Assembly (NCBI GenBank): GCA_973895155.1
Contig: OZ316891.1
Span: forward strand, 7,123,808-7,187,807
Source of the DNA: Marsupella aquatica
Lineage: Eukaryota; Plantae; Marchantiophyta
Length of the DNA stretch: 64,000 bases
Direction: 5' to 3'
Part shown: positions 37,333 to 50,332 of the stretch, one piece after another
Position numbering within the stretch: position 1 is the first letter of the stretch
How the letters are laid out: each line of letters begins with the position of its first letter
The notes under the pieces: generated by a model
Told to the model about the DNA's origin: nothing
Databases searched by the model: none
What the model saw: only the letters and a program-made list of their open reading frames with translations
Program-made: the position numbers and the translations under genes

Positions 37333-38183
37333 TAGAGTAAATTAGTTCGTGGACCCCTTGGCTAATACAATCAGGGGGAAGAGTCGATCTGAGCCGTCTC
37401 CATTTCTTATCTCCAGAAATCTCTTCCGTCCATCATAATGGCCAATCTATGGCTCAAAAGAAAGATCTCAAATAGATCTATGGATGGGTTCTGTTCGTTT
37501 TGCAAATGGGTTAATGTTTTTCAAATGAAAAATTAAACAAATGCAAGCCTTCCTAACAGTCGATTTTGTTGATTTTACAATCTTTGCCATCCATTTTGTA
37601 ATGCCTCTAGAAATCTTATTCATCCATGTTAGAAGGCGATCTAGGGTGCAAAAGAAAGATCTCAATGAGATCTACGACTGGGTATTTTTTGTTTTGAGAA
37701 TGAGTAAATAGTTCTGAGTATAAAATTCGATGAACTTTCAAGATTCCAGCCATTCCTCCTCCCCGACCCTGGGTTTCTATGTGCTCTTCCCAGCATTAAT
37801 GGCCGTACAATACGAGAGGTCCTTACATACCGGGAGTTGCGGTTTAACAAGGAAGTTATCAAGTTAGTTATTAGTTATTAGTCATTATTTATTATATGGA
37901 AAATATTTTTTATAAATTTTTGAATTTAAGTTTTAAAATTGGAAATGTAACTAAAACGGTTACATAGTGACAGTTTTAACCATCTTGCTCTTTGCATTTC
38001 CAATGTTTTACTTTTCTTTTTACGGCACGGTGTCCCAAAATTTACACCCAAATTGACACAAACACGAATGAAAACTATAAGTTTGATTCACAAAACCGAC
38101 GAGTCTTGTTTGTTGCGGTTGTTGATGACGTGGCACGCTGTGGTGCCAGGAATTTTGGAAGGGACCTCTAGTGGGGTCTGTAA
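37333..38183 (-). repeat. Right arm of the ~850-bp inverted repeat flanking UPF2
   Basis: Begins TAGAGTAAATTAGTTCGTGGACCCC and ends GTGGGGTCTGTAA; reverse complement of 29684-30536. Confidence 0.92.
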
Positions 38184-40766
38184 CAAGTTTTGACTGTCCT
38201 ATCCTCGAACTGGTCAAGACGACTACCTGCCCCCAATATTAGTTAGTTTAATTATCAGGTTTCTCCCTCATTTCATGCATGGATTGGGGACGTAGCTTTA
38301 TAATTGGCCATGCAGGAAATGATATACTTGAAGTGTTCCTTGAAGCGTTCTCTTCACAATAGGATTATATAACAACTCTCTCGCAAATGGAAATCTTTGG
38401 TAGCTCACCGGCAACAAAATTAGTCAGAACCCTCCTTGTGACAAGAAGAACTCTCTCCAAAAGATAGGGTTTTTCAAAGACTCTTCCCCAAATTAAAATC
38501 TCCTTTAGCTTGCAGTGGCAAAATTATTACACTCCTTGCAACACGAGAGACATTTTCTGAAAAATAGGATTCCCCAAGTTCACACAAGTCTTACAATCAC
38601 TTTACAAAATATCAATGCCCTAGAATCTCAAGGTAGTGTGAAGACAACTGCAATGCCTTTGTGAAGTTGAGTTTATTTTGAGTCATTACAAGTAAAATGT
38701 GAAGCAGGCAATCTACTCAAAGATCCATTTACCAGAGAGATTTGATAAGGTCCTTAAAGACCTAATTGTATCTAAATTTTAATTTTATTCTTATGAACCC
38801 TAAAAAAAGAGATGGAGCTAGTAACCCTTAGGAGGGAGAAAGATATTGGGAGGTATCCAATACTTTTGTGCTTAAATACACTCATGTGTAATTCCGTTTG
38901 TGTTTAAACGGAATCATGGGTACACAGATGGCATCAAATTCACTAGCGGGCCAATACCCAAAAAACAATTTGTATCTAAATGGAGTCATGCGTCTATACA
39001 CACATGGCATCAAATTCACTCTCTCATGGGCCAATACCCAAGTATATTATTGTGTTTAAATGGAGTCATGCACATGGTATCGGTGGCTTTAAACCACCAC
39101 TAGCTATGACAAAAACCTGGTCACCATAAATAGTCTTTTTTTCTTGAATTTGTGAAGCAATATTGTAGGGGAGAGGAGAAGAATGAGAGTAACCTGAAAA
39201 ATGGAGAAATCTTGTACACTTCCCCCTTTTATATGTCTAGTGGCATTTAAGGTCCATAGGGGTTTTAACTTCCCTTTAGCGAGAGTGTAATTAAATTAAA
39301 AACTTTTTCAATGAATTTATAGGGGCCTCTCTCTCCGCGCCTGGACTGCGTTCCGTGTATCTCAACACTCCCGTCTAAACACCACGCAAAGCCTCTCTCC
39401 GCACGAAGTCCGCGCTCCCTACAGTAGGCCTCTCGTTCCTCCTCACCCTCCATCGCCAAGCTGCATCACTCCGTCGTCGAAGCTCGCTGCGCTGCTTTCC
39501 CCCTTCCCCTCCCTTCCCTTCCCTTCCCTTCCCTGACGCCGCGCTGCCCTCCTCTTCAGAAAGTGGAACAGATTTGAGGCTCAGAGCTCACTTTTAAAGC
39601 AGGAAGGTTACGTGGGAAACAAGAATTTCGCATCGCTGCGGAAAGGTCCGATTCTCCCCCTCTCTTGCATCTCACGTTGATTTGGACTTTTTGTGCCAAT
39701 CTTGCATCTCACGCAGCTTTGGACGTTCGTTCAGGTGGTTAGGTTCGCAGTTTGTCTGATTTCTATTTTCAGAGTTGAATTGCTTTGTTATGACTTTGAC
39801 CTAGATTGATTCATTTTTGGTTTACGGTGAAGCTTTGCGCCAGTAAGGTTGAAAAATCTTAGGAGGCCACATTATCTTCTGCAGGAATGTGTCCACTTCT
39901 GTTATTAGTTTCCTTCTGTTAATCTTTTTAGTGTTGAATTGTTATCGTGTGATTGTGACCTTGATCCATTACTGCTGTATTTGGTCTTACCGTCGAGCTT
40001 TACGCCTGTAAAAGGTTCAGTTGATTGAAGTCCTTGTCGGATAGATTATCTTCGAGAGCAGTGTGTCCACTTCGTCAACCTCCTCCCGTTACGTCAAGTG
40101 ATTTCAGTAGGAAAATTCCACTCGGGAGACTTTTGTTTCAAGCAAAGCAGCTCGAGCGAGAGCCACTAGTAATCGCATTGCCGCTCAGCCCTTTCTTCGT
40201 ACACCTGGGTTTGTCCTCTTTTCTTGTTTCCTCCCTTTGGTTACTTCGTTCACGGTTCCTACTGTGAGTTCTGTTGTGCATTACTTGCTCGGAATTCTTG
40301 CGCCCCCAAGCAGCTTTTTTCTGTCCTCTGGAATCCTAGCGTTGGTTTTTGCTTTCTTGCAGTATGTCTTTCTCTCGTTTTTTGCACGTTCCCTATTGTG
40401 AGTCTGATTATTGGTTGCTTGCTCGTGAGCCGGCCTCAACCCTAGCAGCTTGACTACGGTCCTCCGAAACACTGTCATTAGGACCTATATTCACAGAGAA
40501 AGGACCTACAACCTTAGTGGAGTGGACAATCCATGCTGTAGCGGCCAGCTGCTCGTCTCAACCTGACATTTTGCTCTGCTTGTCTCGATTTGGTGCAGAC
40601 ATAGGTTTAGTCAGGGTTTAGAGCGAGCTTGTGCGATTTCGCATAATTATGAGTTTGTTGTGATGTGATGGTTATGAGGAGCAAATAGTCATTTCAGCGC
40701 ATGCCGGTATCTAACCCGCAGAAATTTCTCGGACGTCCTGGTTAAGCAGATCGGGCGACCGAGCCG

Positions 40767-43639
40767 ATGTCATCAGGGATGGAAGGGGGCGAGGTGGTCA
40801 ACAAGGAAGTGAAAAAGAAGGAGAAGCAGGTGAATCCCAAGGAAGCTAAGAAAGCCGAGCGGCTGCTGGCAAGGCAATTGGCAGCGGCCTCAGTGAAGGA
40901 GGAGGATCCCCTCGCGGCTAATTACGGAGATGTGGAGCTCAAGGCTTTGCAGAGCTCGGTGCAGTCTGGACGGGTGTGGACGAAAGTGGGCACCCTAGAT
41001 ACCCAATTGGACGAGAGGACTGTTCTCATCCGGGGCCGAGCGCAGACTGTCCGGGCCAAGGGCAATGTGGCCTTCATTGTTGTGCGGGAAGCCGGATGCA
41101 CTGTGCAGTGTGTGGCATCAGTCAGTGAGAATGTCATCAGCAAGCAGATGATTAAGTACATTGCTAGCGTCAGCAAAGAGTCTATCATAGATGTGGAGGG
41201 CGTGATCCAAATTCCTGCTGTGCCCATCGCCAAATGTACTCAACAGGTTCTCCTCTGACCTCCGACTTCAAAAATATGCAGATTCTAACATTCAAATATG
41301 ACACGACGAGGAGTACTAATTCCAAGACTGCAGGTCGAAATTCTAGTTCGGAAGGTGTATTGTATCAGCAAGGCATTGCCAGTCTTGCCTCTGAATCTTG
41401 AAGATGCCGCAAGAAGTGATGTCGACTTTGAGAACGCCGAAAAGGTATAACTCGATAAGGAGAGTTTCAGCTCCTTGAGTGGAATTTTGAGTTGCATTTA
41501 GTTACCCTCGTTCATGACTTGACTGGAGTGCCGAAAATTTTATTAACCACGCGGGCGTTTCTTGTGGGGTTCAGGAAGGAAAGCAATATGCCAAAGTGGG
41601 TCAGGATACGAGGCTGAATAACCGAGTCATTGACTTACGAACCCCTGCTAACCAAGCCATATTTCGAATTCAGTCGAACGTGTGCATGGTAAGTTTGAAT
41701 TGAACGATGCTGCTGAGTTCTTGGCCTGCCTGCACCTACTTCTAGAAATGTACATGAAACGAATGGTGGCTTGGTATAGAGTAATCTCATCCTGCTCGTA
41801 GGTTTTACAGACAAGTTGACATGATGTAGTTTATTGACATCTTGTTGCTGTGGACAGCTCTTTCGTGAGTATTTGGTGGCAAACGACTTTATTGAGATTC
41901 ACACTCCGAAGTTATTGGCTGGGGCTAGTGAAGGAGGCTCCTCTGTCTTCAGCCTGGATTACAAGGGACAAACCGCTTGCCTGGCCCAATCCCCTCAATT
42001 GCATAAGCAGATGGGGATCACTGCAGATTTTGGCCGTGTTTTTGAAATTGGTCCGGTTTTTAGGGCTGAGAATTCTTTCACACACCGCCATCTTTGTGAG
42101 TTTACCGGCCTTGACTTAGAGATGGAGATCAAGGAGCATTACTTCGAGGTGAGTCTGACTTTTGGTCTGTTGAAAGTTTATGGGTCACAGGGAGTTCATT
42201 TGATCAAGAGGACTGCCCGCAGGTGTAATATTTTTCCTATTCTGGCATTTTCCTATATCCTAAATACAAGTCAGGGATTCAACGTGGGCTCACGAAAAGT
42301 TTTTCTGGTGGGGATGTATTCTGCAGGTGCTAGACCTGATCGATGGACTATTTGTGTATATCTTTGATGGCTTGACACATCAGTGCAAGCCTGAGTTACA
42401 AGCGATTAACCAACAATACCCTTTTGAGCCTCTCAAGGTACTTGTCAATGTGGACGGATTTTGGGAGGTGATTTTGTCAGGTTTTGTTTCTCTTTGCTGA
42501 GGAGTGCACTTGCTGATTTTGATTTTCGTCTCTCATGACAGTATTTGGAGAAAACTCTTCGCTTGACGTTCGAGGAAGGTATCGAAATGCTGCAGGTTTG
42601 TCTAGTGGTTTACTCGTATCAAACTTGTTTGTGACATTGTTTCCCGAATGGTAAAGCAACTTGTATTTCCAGTTCAATTCCCAGGGCGCTAGAAATTGTG
42701 AAGATGCTAGATAGACTTGGGATATTTTTTGTGTGTGTGGCTTTGTTTCGCCGAGAACAAATGTAATGCATTAACTTCTGGATAGTTCTGCGTGAACAGA
42801 AAGCTGGGGTCGAGGTAGATCCACTTGGAGATCTTAGTACCGAAGTAGAACGAAAACTGGGCCAGCTTGTCAAAGAAAAGTAAGACTCGAGTTGCAAAGT
42901 ATATACACAGTTATTTATGTTAATTAGTTTGGCTGTGATATGAATCAACAGGTCGTTTCTGGTGATCGTTAATCACTGTGCACTGCTGGTCATATTTGGC
43001 AGATATGATACCGAGTTTTATATCCTTCATCGATACCCTGTCGCTGTGAGGCCCTTTTACACAATGCCAGCTGCAGATGATCCCAGATATACAAATTCGT
43101 TTGATGTTTTCATTCGAGGTATTGTTTCTCTATCATAAGTGTGATGATATGTAAGACTCGTTGACGCAGTGCTTACTTTCGTTGTAATGCATATCTGAAC
43201 TTGCATTTTGGTCTGAAATTGGTGAATGTTCGTCACCACTTGTGCTAACAGCTAAAGGTTCTGTGCAGGGGAGGAGATCATATCAGGGGCTCAACGTGTA
43301 CACGACCCAGAACTTCTTACAAAACGTGCAACAGAATGTGGGATAGATGTGAAATCCTTGACAACGTACATAGATTCATTCAGGTTGGTCCATCCCCACT
43401 CTACTTTGTAATGACAGTGAATCTCGTCAGAGTTTGTGCCATAAATCCTGTGGTTCTTTTTTCTTGGTTCTCAGGACAGGGCCACCTCTAATGTGTTGTT
43501 TGATTTCAATAGGTACGGTGTAGTCCCACATGGAGGAGTGGGTGTTGGATTGGAAAGAGTGGTGATGCTCTTCTGTGCGCTTGGCAATATCAGGAAGACA
43601 TCAATGTTCCCACGTGATCCTCAAAGGCTAGCACCTTGA
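40767..43639 (+). CDS. Aspartyl-tRNA synthetase, cytosolic type, 10 coding exons
   Basis: Exons 40767-41246, 41334-41444, 41575-41688, 41858-42148, 42327-42437, 42542-42595, 42800-42879, 43003-43118, 43269-43383, 43513-43639. Motifs [64 protein letters not shown]. Probable 5'-UTR exon near 39400-39645. Confidence 0.95.
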
Positions 43640-45093
43640 GAAGTTTGAAACGGTATAGTCTCAGTAAATTACGTGGGCTAAGGGCCTAGCCAAGCGATTG
43701 CAATGGTGATTTAGCCAGTTAATTGGTTGAGCTGGTATGGTTTCGTTCCCCTCAATACAAAAGGCGAGGACTGAACATGCCCATTATTCTCCACTCGTGT
43801 ATGTGCCTTCTGTTTTATTTGTGTTGGATAGGCCCGCAGATTTTGGGTACGTTTGGATACCCATGTTGCGATTCATGTCTTTACTCCTTGTAGTATCGTT
43901 GGTGGATCTTTAAGTTGCTGGGCTTTCTTGGTCTCAGCATTCTCACAATACAGCATTCCAGCAACGTACTCTTGGAGTGTCTCGAAACTTTGGTCAACTT
44001 GTCACTAAGGTAGATTATGTATTGGGTACACCTACTATGGGAAGCAAATGTTGTACCACAGATGGATAATTCTCGCCCTCATCTGCCAATTCTTTATTCC
44101 TCCATCCATACGTCGGAGGACTGGTCGTGGTTGGGTGATGTCATGGAATCTAGACTTGTACCTAATCCACCGATTTGAATGCTTGCACGCCGTTTTCAAA
44201 TGCTGCCTCGTTCCCTCCTTCGCTTTCCACTGCTTGGGAAAGAACATTACTTGCAAATGCGATGTCGCAGCATAGTATTGCAGATGCGTTAACCTTTACT
44301 TCTGCGAGGACACTCTCCCGTGGAGAGCTTCCTCTATTGGTTAATACGAGCATCTTCTTAAAATTTGGAGTAGCGGCACTCTTGAGGCAGGAAGACCAGC
44401 ACATAAGTTTGACAGTGAATTGTTGTGATGGCCTCTATCTGTCTTGGCTTCAGCATGGTTCTCTCCCAAAGCTTGAGCCACTTTCTTGCCAGCAACCTCT
44501 GCAACGATTTCACCACAAGGTAGTTTAAGAAGTTCACATTGGAAAGAAAACGCTGGATGGAGACAATTTACGGAACTAGTTGGAGTCTCCGAACGAATGT
44601 ATTCAGGGCCACCAACTCGTACAAATTAGACCGGTTGAGTTCAATGCAATAAGTTCAAATGCTGGACTTCAATGCGCGTTGGAGTTCAGGTTCCATGTCA
44701 AAGTTGGTCGAACGAGTTGCTTGAAGTCTCCATTGTGAACTATTCCAATAGCAGGTTTTGCGCAGAGGGGCACAACGTTATGCTGTTGCCTTGTATGCTA
44801 CAAGCTTGTGCAAAGCTCAGAGACCATTGTTTGTTACAAACGAAAGTGACATCGCATCGGTGTCCAGACTAGACTTTACCATGCACAGGAACACTTTTGC
44901 TCTGCGCAAAAAATTGATACAAACAACGTTATGTGCACTGATAAATCCAGGGGGCACTAGAAAGCTCCTCTTGTTTCTTGTTAAAAGCTGACATGGTAGT
45001 AGAAGAAAGAACTGCCCTTGCAGTTTCTGAATTGCATAGGAAGAGAATGAATACTAGCCTTGACCAGTTCAGGTGCCAGTTCAGGTGAACGAT

Positions 45094-48000
45094 TTAATGG
45101 TCTTTCTCAGGTAATTTTTCAATCAGCTCAGGGACGATTTCAAAGAGATCTCCAGCTATTCCATAGTCTGCGACCTGCACAAACAAAGCACACAGGACCA
45201 TGTTAGCTTGACTGGAAAAAGAAATTGACACGGCAGCGCACCACTGATCACAGTGACCTCCACCTTTGTCGCACACTGTGCAACTGATGGCACGTTAAAG
45301 AAACAGACTCTGAGGTTGTTCCTATGAATATCCGATAAAATACACAAACAAAAGGTAAGGACGAAGAGCAAGGGGCAAATGAAAAGAAGGGAACCCTTCA
45401 GCATCAAAGTCATAATGGACATCCCAAAACCGAAAGGATGCTTACTGCTAGAATTGACAGGTTTAAATTTTACAAACAGCTAATTCTATTCTTGCCTCAG
45501 GCACAAAAGCGGGATGCTTGCCGCTAGAACTGATAGGTTGAAAACTTACCAACAGCTAATTCTATTCTTGCCTCGGGCACAAATGTTTTAGATGTGGGCA
45601 ACTCAGAAAGTATGAGGAGCTAGCTCATCCCATCCAAGGCCACTTGCACAGAACTATTTAGTGCTTCTTAAAAGTACCTGAAAAATAGGAGATTCGGCAT
45701 CCTTATTTATTGCAACAATGACCTTCGAATCCTTCATGCCCGCTACGTGTTGTAAGGCACCAGAAATGCCCACCGCAATGTACAAATCTGGTGCAACATT
45801 CTTCCCTCTTTGACCCACCTGATCAAGACCCCAGAGAAAGTAAGAAAAAGATAATGCGCGTTAAAATTGCTCTTAATCAAGAAATGATGTTGTCCAGACT
45901 TCGAGTTGCGCAATCATAAGTCAGAAAGACACTACAACATGATGGCTATGGTCTGAAGTAAACGAAGACAACAACACCTACTCAGAACAAACCCCGACCT
46001 ACTGAAGCCATCACATTGAAAAGAGAGTCGAGTTTCATAAGTGGTTTAGAGGATATTAGATGTTAAAGTCACACCAGCATATCACTAGACACCATCCCTC
46101 CATCCACTGCCGCTCTTGATGCACCAACTGTGCACAGAACATTCCAAATAAATTCCATCGCCAACTTATCCACAAATCCAGCATGTAAATTAAACAATTA
46201 TCTAAACAAAACAATAAAAACTCATTTAAAGAACATTGAATCCTCTGTCCAAAATATTTAGATTGAGCCTCTCAACGCAAAATTAAAGGTTTAGAGCTTC
46301 TAATGGAAGAAGCAAAGCATACATACCAGCACCTCCGAGTTTGTCGGCAAGCTTCTGGAGCATTTTGAAATTTTCCGCAGTTTTTAATGGTCGGCCTCCT
46401 GAAACTACAACACGAGCACTGCCCAACTCTGGTCGTTCACTTTGCTGCACTTGTTGCCCTACCCACTCTGAACGACCAATGACTTCTGAGAAATAAGAAC
46501 GGCAAATACGTCAGCAAAACGATGCCGGTCAGACTATCATATAGAGCGATTTCAAAACATGAAACATATATATTTAACAACTCATTTGCCCTGTTACTTT
46601 ATTCTTTCGGGTTCAGCACTTAATTGTGACTTGTTATGAGACTTGGTACCACAGAATAGTTATTGCTCTTGCCAACTCTTTTGATCCTTCGGCATCTTAT
46701 CACTAGCATTTGAAATCTCCTGACTAACCCATGCAGAAATGCAACAAATCGAAGGGTACACTTCCTGGTCGTAACCTGATTTAATTTCCCCGTGGTCAAG
46801 AGTAGAAATCGGAGCATCTGTTGATCTTGAGCATTCTACTGCAGGAAACGAGGTTGTCCTCACAGTGAGAAAACAAGGCGCAGAACCTTTGTAACGGACA
46901 GTAGACAATGCATTACCTGCATAAATCGGTCTGAACAGGCAAAAGTCAGATTCAAAAAGGCCACCAATAATGGGATTTATCATACTTAAACTACAGCCAA
47001 CTTCGTTTGTGATGCTTATCCTGGTCAGGAATGGAATGAGTTATTACACTGAGTTTGAGGAACAGCGATGATTACCGGATGAAGGTCTTGTCATCTAGCA
47101 CCTTGACGACATCAGAGATGACGGCCTTGTCTAGTTGAGCTGCAGCTCGCGGTAACAAATTCTGCCCAAAGGATGTAGCTGCAGCCACTACATGGGAGAA
47201 ATTTCCTTTCTTCTGAGCTTCCAGCACAAGCTCTGCCCATGGCTCTGCCAATCCATGTTCCACCTTCTCCCAGTCGACTACCCAAACCTGTGGAGTAGAG
47301 CATTAAGCATTGATCGTTTCTCTGCCAGAGTTGATCGTCAATGAGTTTCCAGCAGACTGTAGGCCTAAGTCTAGCAAGACCAAATTGGAATTGAAGTTCT
47401 TACAGGAAATACCAGCACAACTTCATAGAAACCTGATTTCTGAGGAAAAATCTTGGTAATGGAAAGAATACATTTCGATGCCAAGTGTCAGGTGTGTAGG
47501 AAACCTCTGAAATTGCAGAGCTAGACTTTGCTGCTTGCTTGGCTGCTTCGTGCACAGAGGGTCCATACCCTCCTAGCAAGACAGAGACAGAACCCCCCTC
47601 TCCAAGTGATATGGCAGCGGCAACTGCACTCAGAGTAGCAGAGTTCAGGACACCCTGTTCATGCTCTCCTACAACCAGTGTGCTAGCCTGCAAAAGACAC
47701 TTTCCAGCTATTATATAGAATTTTCCAACTTCCAAAATGGACATATATCCCCTCAAGTTGAGCTCATCTCTCAGTGAGGAGAGCAATGGTTTCAACATGA
47801 CACTTCCCGTGACTGAGAATATAGGGTACAGTAATATTAAAATTGCTATCTATAACATTAACTCAACTGATTGTCAGGTATCCCCACCAGCTCTAAATGA
47901 ATCCCCCATTGAAACTCTCCTAGGGTTCCAAAGATTCCCACATTCGCCTACTCATCCACGACATGCTTCAATTGAGTAGACGTTCCAGCTGACATTAGAA

Positions 48001-48199
48001 CCATAGCACTTTTGGAAGCACGAGGGACTCTTTCGCAGCAATTGTGACTAACGCCACGATCTCAGACCAATCCACGACTCAAGTCCACAATTGATGGAAG
48101 GACCGGACTTACCGACCGCAACGATGAGCGAGAGAACGGAGAAATCCGAACGGGATGAAATCTCCGAAACGTCTTCAAAGCAATGCCGATACTGGACAT
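45094..48199 (-). CDS. ETFA: Electron transfer flavoprotein alpha subunit, mitochondrial
   Basis: First exon 48113-48199 encodes an Arg/Ser-rich transit-like peptide. Later exons encode [71 protein letters not shown] and [17 protein letters not shown]; stop at 45094-45096. Confidence 0.93.
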
Positions 48200-48424
48200 G
48201 TCTGTAGCTCATAAGAATTAAGCCAATTCACCACCGCAGCCGACAAATCATCCAGAACCGCTGCTTTTATATGGTCTCCTGACAACGGCGTTCTCTGCTC
48301 CGATTCGTCAGCTGCTCCTGGAATCTCACTGTTGTCCCGATTTCTTTTCTGCAGGTGCTGTGGAAAGCTTGCCTGTGAGTATTTGGACGTGTGATTTGGG
48401 GTGAGAAAAATTTATAGAGGTATA

Positions 48425-48471
48425 TTCGGCCCACAAATGCAATCTGCTCTACAGAATTCAGTGAATAGCTC

Positions 48472-48554
<83 letters not shown>

Positions 48555-48860
48555 GGGTGAGACGAATTCAGAGAGGCATCACCAGCCCACAAACGCAATC
48601 TGTCTACAATTCAGTGAACAGCGCTCTCTCTGTCTCTCCCTCTCTGTTTGGGACGGGGAGGGGTTGTGAGACAAATTAGAGAGGCATCACCAGCCCACAA
48701 ATGAAATCAGCTCTACAGATTGCAGAGAACAGGTATTTTCTCTCTCTCTGCTTTTGTTCTGGTGGGTGAGCCGAATGTAGAGAGGTATCTTCAGCCCACA
48801 ATTGAAATCTGCTCTGAATTCAGTGAACATCTCTCTCTCTCTCTCTCTCTCTCTCTCAGA
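48425..48860. repeat. ~4 degenerate direct repeats with embedded (CT)n/(GA)n microsatellites upstream of ETFA
   Basis: GCCCACAAA..AATC..CT..AATTCAGTGAA units at ~48429, 48585, 48693 and 48794. The longest CT run spans ~48469-48552. Confidence 0.85.
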
Positions 48861-49134
48861 CTGGTGGACTTCGTCTTCTGGGCGAGCAAGGAGGGTGTGA
48901 GGAGTTGAGAGATTTGGCGTGCATCACATCGGGGGTGGGTATGGGTACCTTCTTGTATTACAACCGGTACGCTGGTGGAGTGGCATCTGGCTGGCGTGGA
49001 TGCACGAGATTGATATGATGACTATCAACAAACACACGCGGCATGGTGTGGGCACTACCCACTCCAGTCCAGTGAAAACTTTATGGGACTTTGGTGAAAA
49101 TCACGTAAACTATTCACCGAATCTAACTATATAG

Positions 49135-49790
49135 AATCCATATAGTGTAGCATGTTCATCCTCATACATACATGCTTTATTTTGCTTTATCCAAAAGAAT
49201 TGAAAGAATAAATATTAAAGTTCACTAACCCCAACAGTTTTCTAAATATTAAAGTTCACTAACCCCAACAGTTTTCTATGCTCTTGTGGAGTTTAGTAGG
49301 TTGAGCACTGTCCCCCGGTGTCTATCATCACAACATTCTTTAGACAGAGGCAACATTCTTTAGACAGAGGGTGTCTGTTGCGCTTTAGTAGACATAGGTG
49401 TCACTATTCTTGGTAGGGGTGACTTAGGGCCTCTAGTAGGATTCCTTTGCTTGACTCTCCCATGCAGTTCACACCAAAGCTATACTAGGCTCTTCAGTTT
49501 GCTGAACGGTAGGCTTTGGGGTCTTGGTTTTTGGGTCTGCGGTAGTTCTTTGTTTCTTTGCTTCCTGACCTTTCTTGGCCCTTTGGTAATCCCCCCTTGA
49601 TTGGGTCTTTTGCCTGAGGTATCATGTCTCCCGGTTGGGTGCCCTTTGCTTTTGGCAGATAAGACAAAAACTAATATCAAATATAACTATATAGCATCGA
49701 TATGGTATAACATGTTCATTCTCATACATGCCTATTTTGACTTATCCAAAAGAATTGAAATAATCATTATTAGAGTTCACTAACCCCAAC
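49135..49790. repeat. ~100-bp direct repeat pair with small internal tandem duplications
   Basis: CATGTTCAT(C/T)CTCATACAT...TTATCCAAAAGAATTGAAA...AGTTCACTAACCCCAAC at ~49151-49235 and ~49711-49790. Confidence 0.75.
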
Positions 49791-50332
49791 TACCCTTCTT
49801 TTAACCTGAGTAGAGGGGAATACAATAAAATGTAACAAAATATATTCCCTATTCCCATTTTTTAAATATATTAATGAAATAAAAAAAAATATTCATTCAT
49901 GTCTATGCACATATACTTTGGTGGGGCCCTAGAGTCATGGTCTAGAGGCTTCACTCTAGAAGCCTACACCCTGACTCTAACTTCCCCTTGGCGCTTTATA
50001 AGTAAGACGAGCGCCATGCCTGTGCGTTGCACAATTGGGTGAGTGAGAAAGCGAAGGCCTGGCAGGAGTTGTGGGCACTGGTCAAGTTGCATACCGGCTC
50101 CACTCCTGGGCACTGGGCAGCATGGCGTACGTCAATTATGAGGGAGGGACTTGTGGGCAATTGGGTGTACCCCTGCCTTGCCCCTTTTTGCATTCAAGGG
50201 TCCCCTTTTTGCATTGAACGGTTAGAGAAAAAGTGCAAAGAATGTAACGGCTACTGATCATTGCCGCCCATAACTGTTTTTGTAACCTGGCGATGGACTT
50301 AATTTGGCGGGATTGGGTATTAAAGTTGTAAA

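Noticed and set aside
38250-38800. LINE RT remnant on the minus strand (ISLVNGSL-like)
   Set aside because: Only one weak motif; too degraded to support as a feature.
48401-48679. ORF with an SL dipeptide run
   Set aside because: It is the (CT)n microsatellite.
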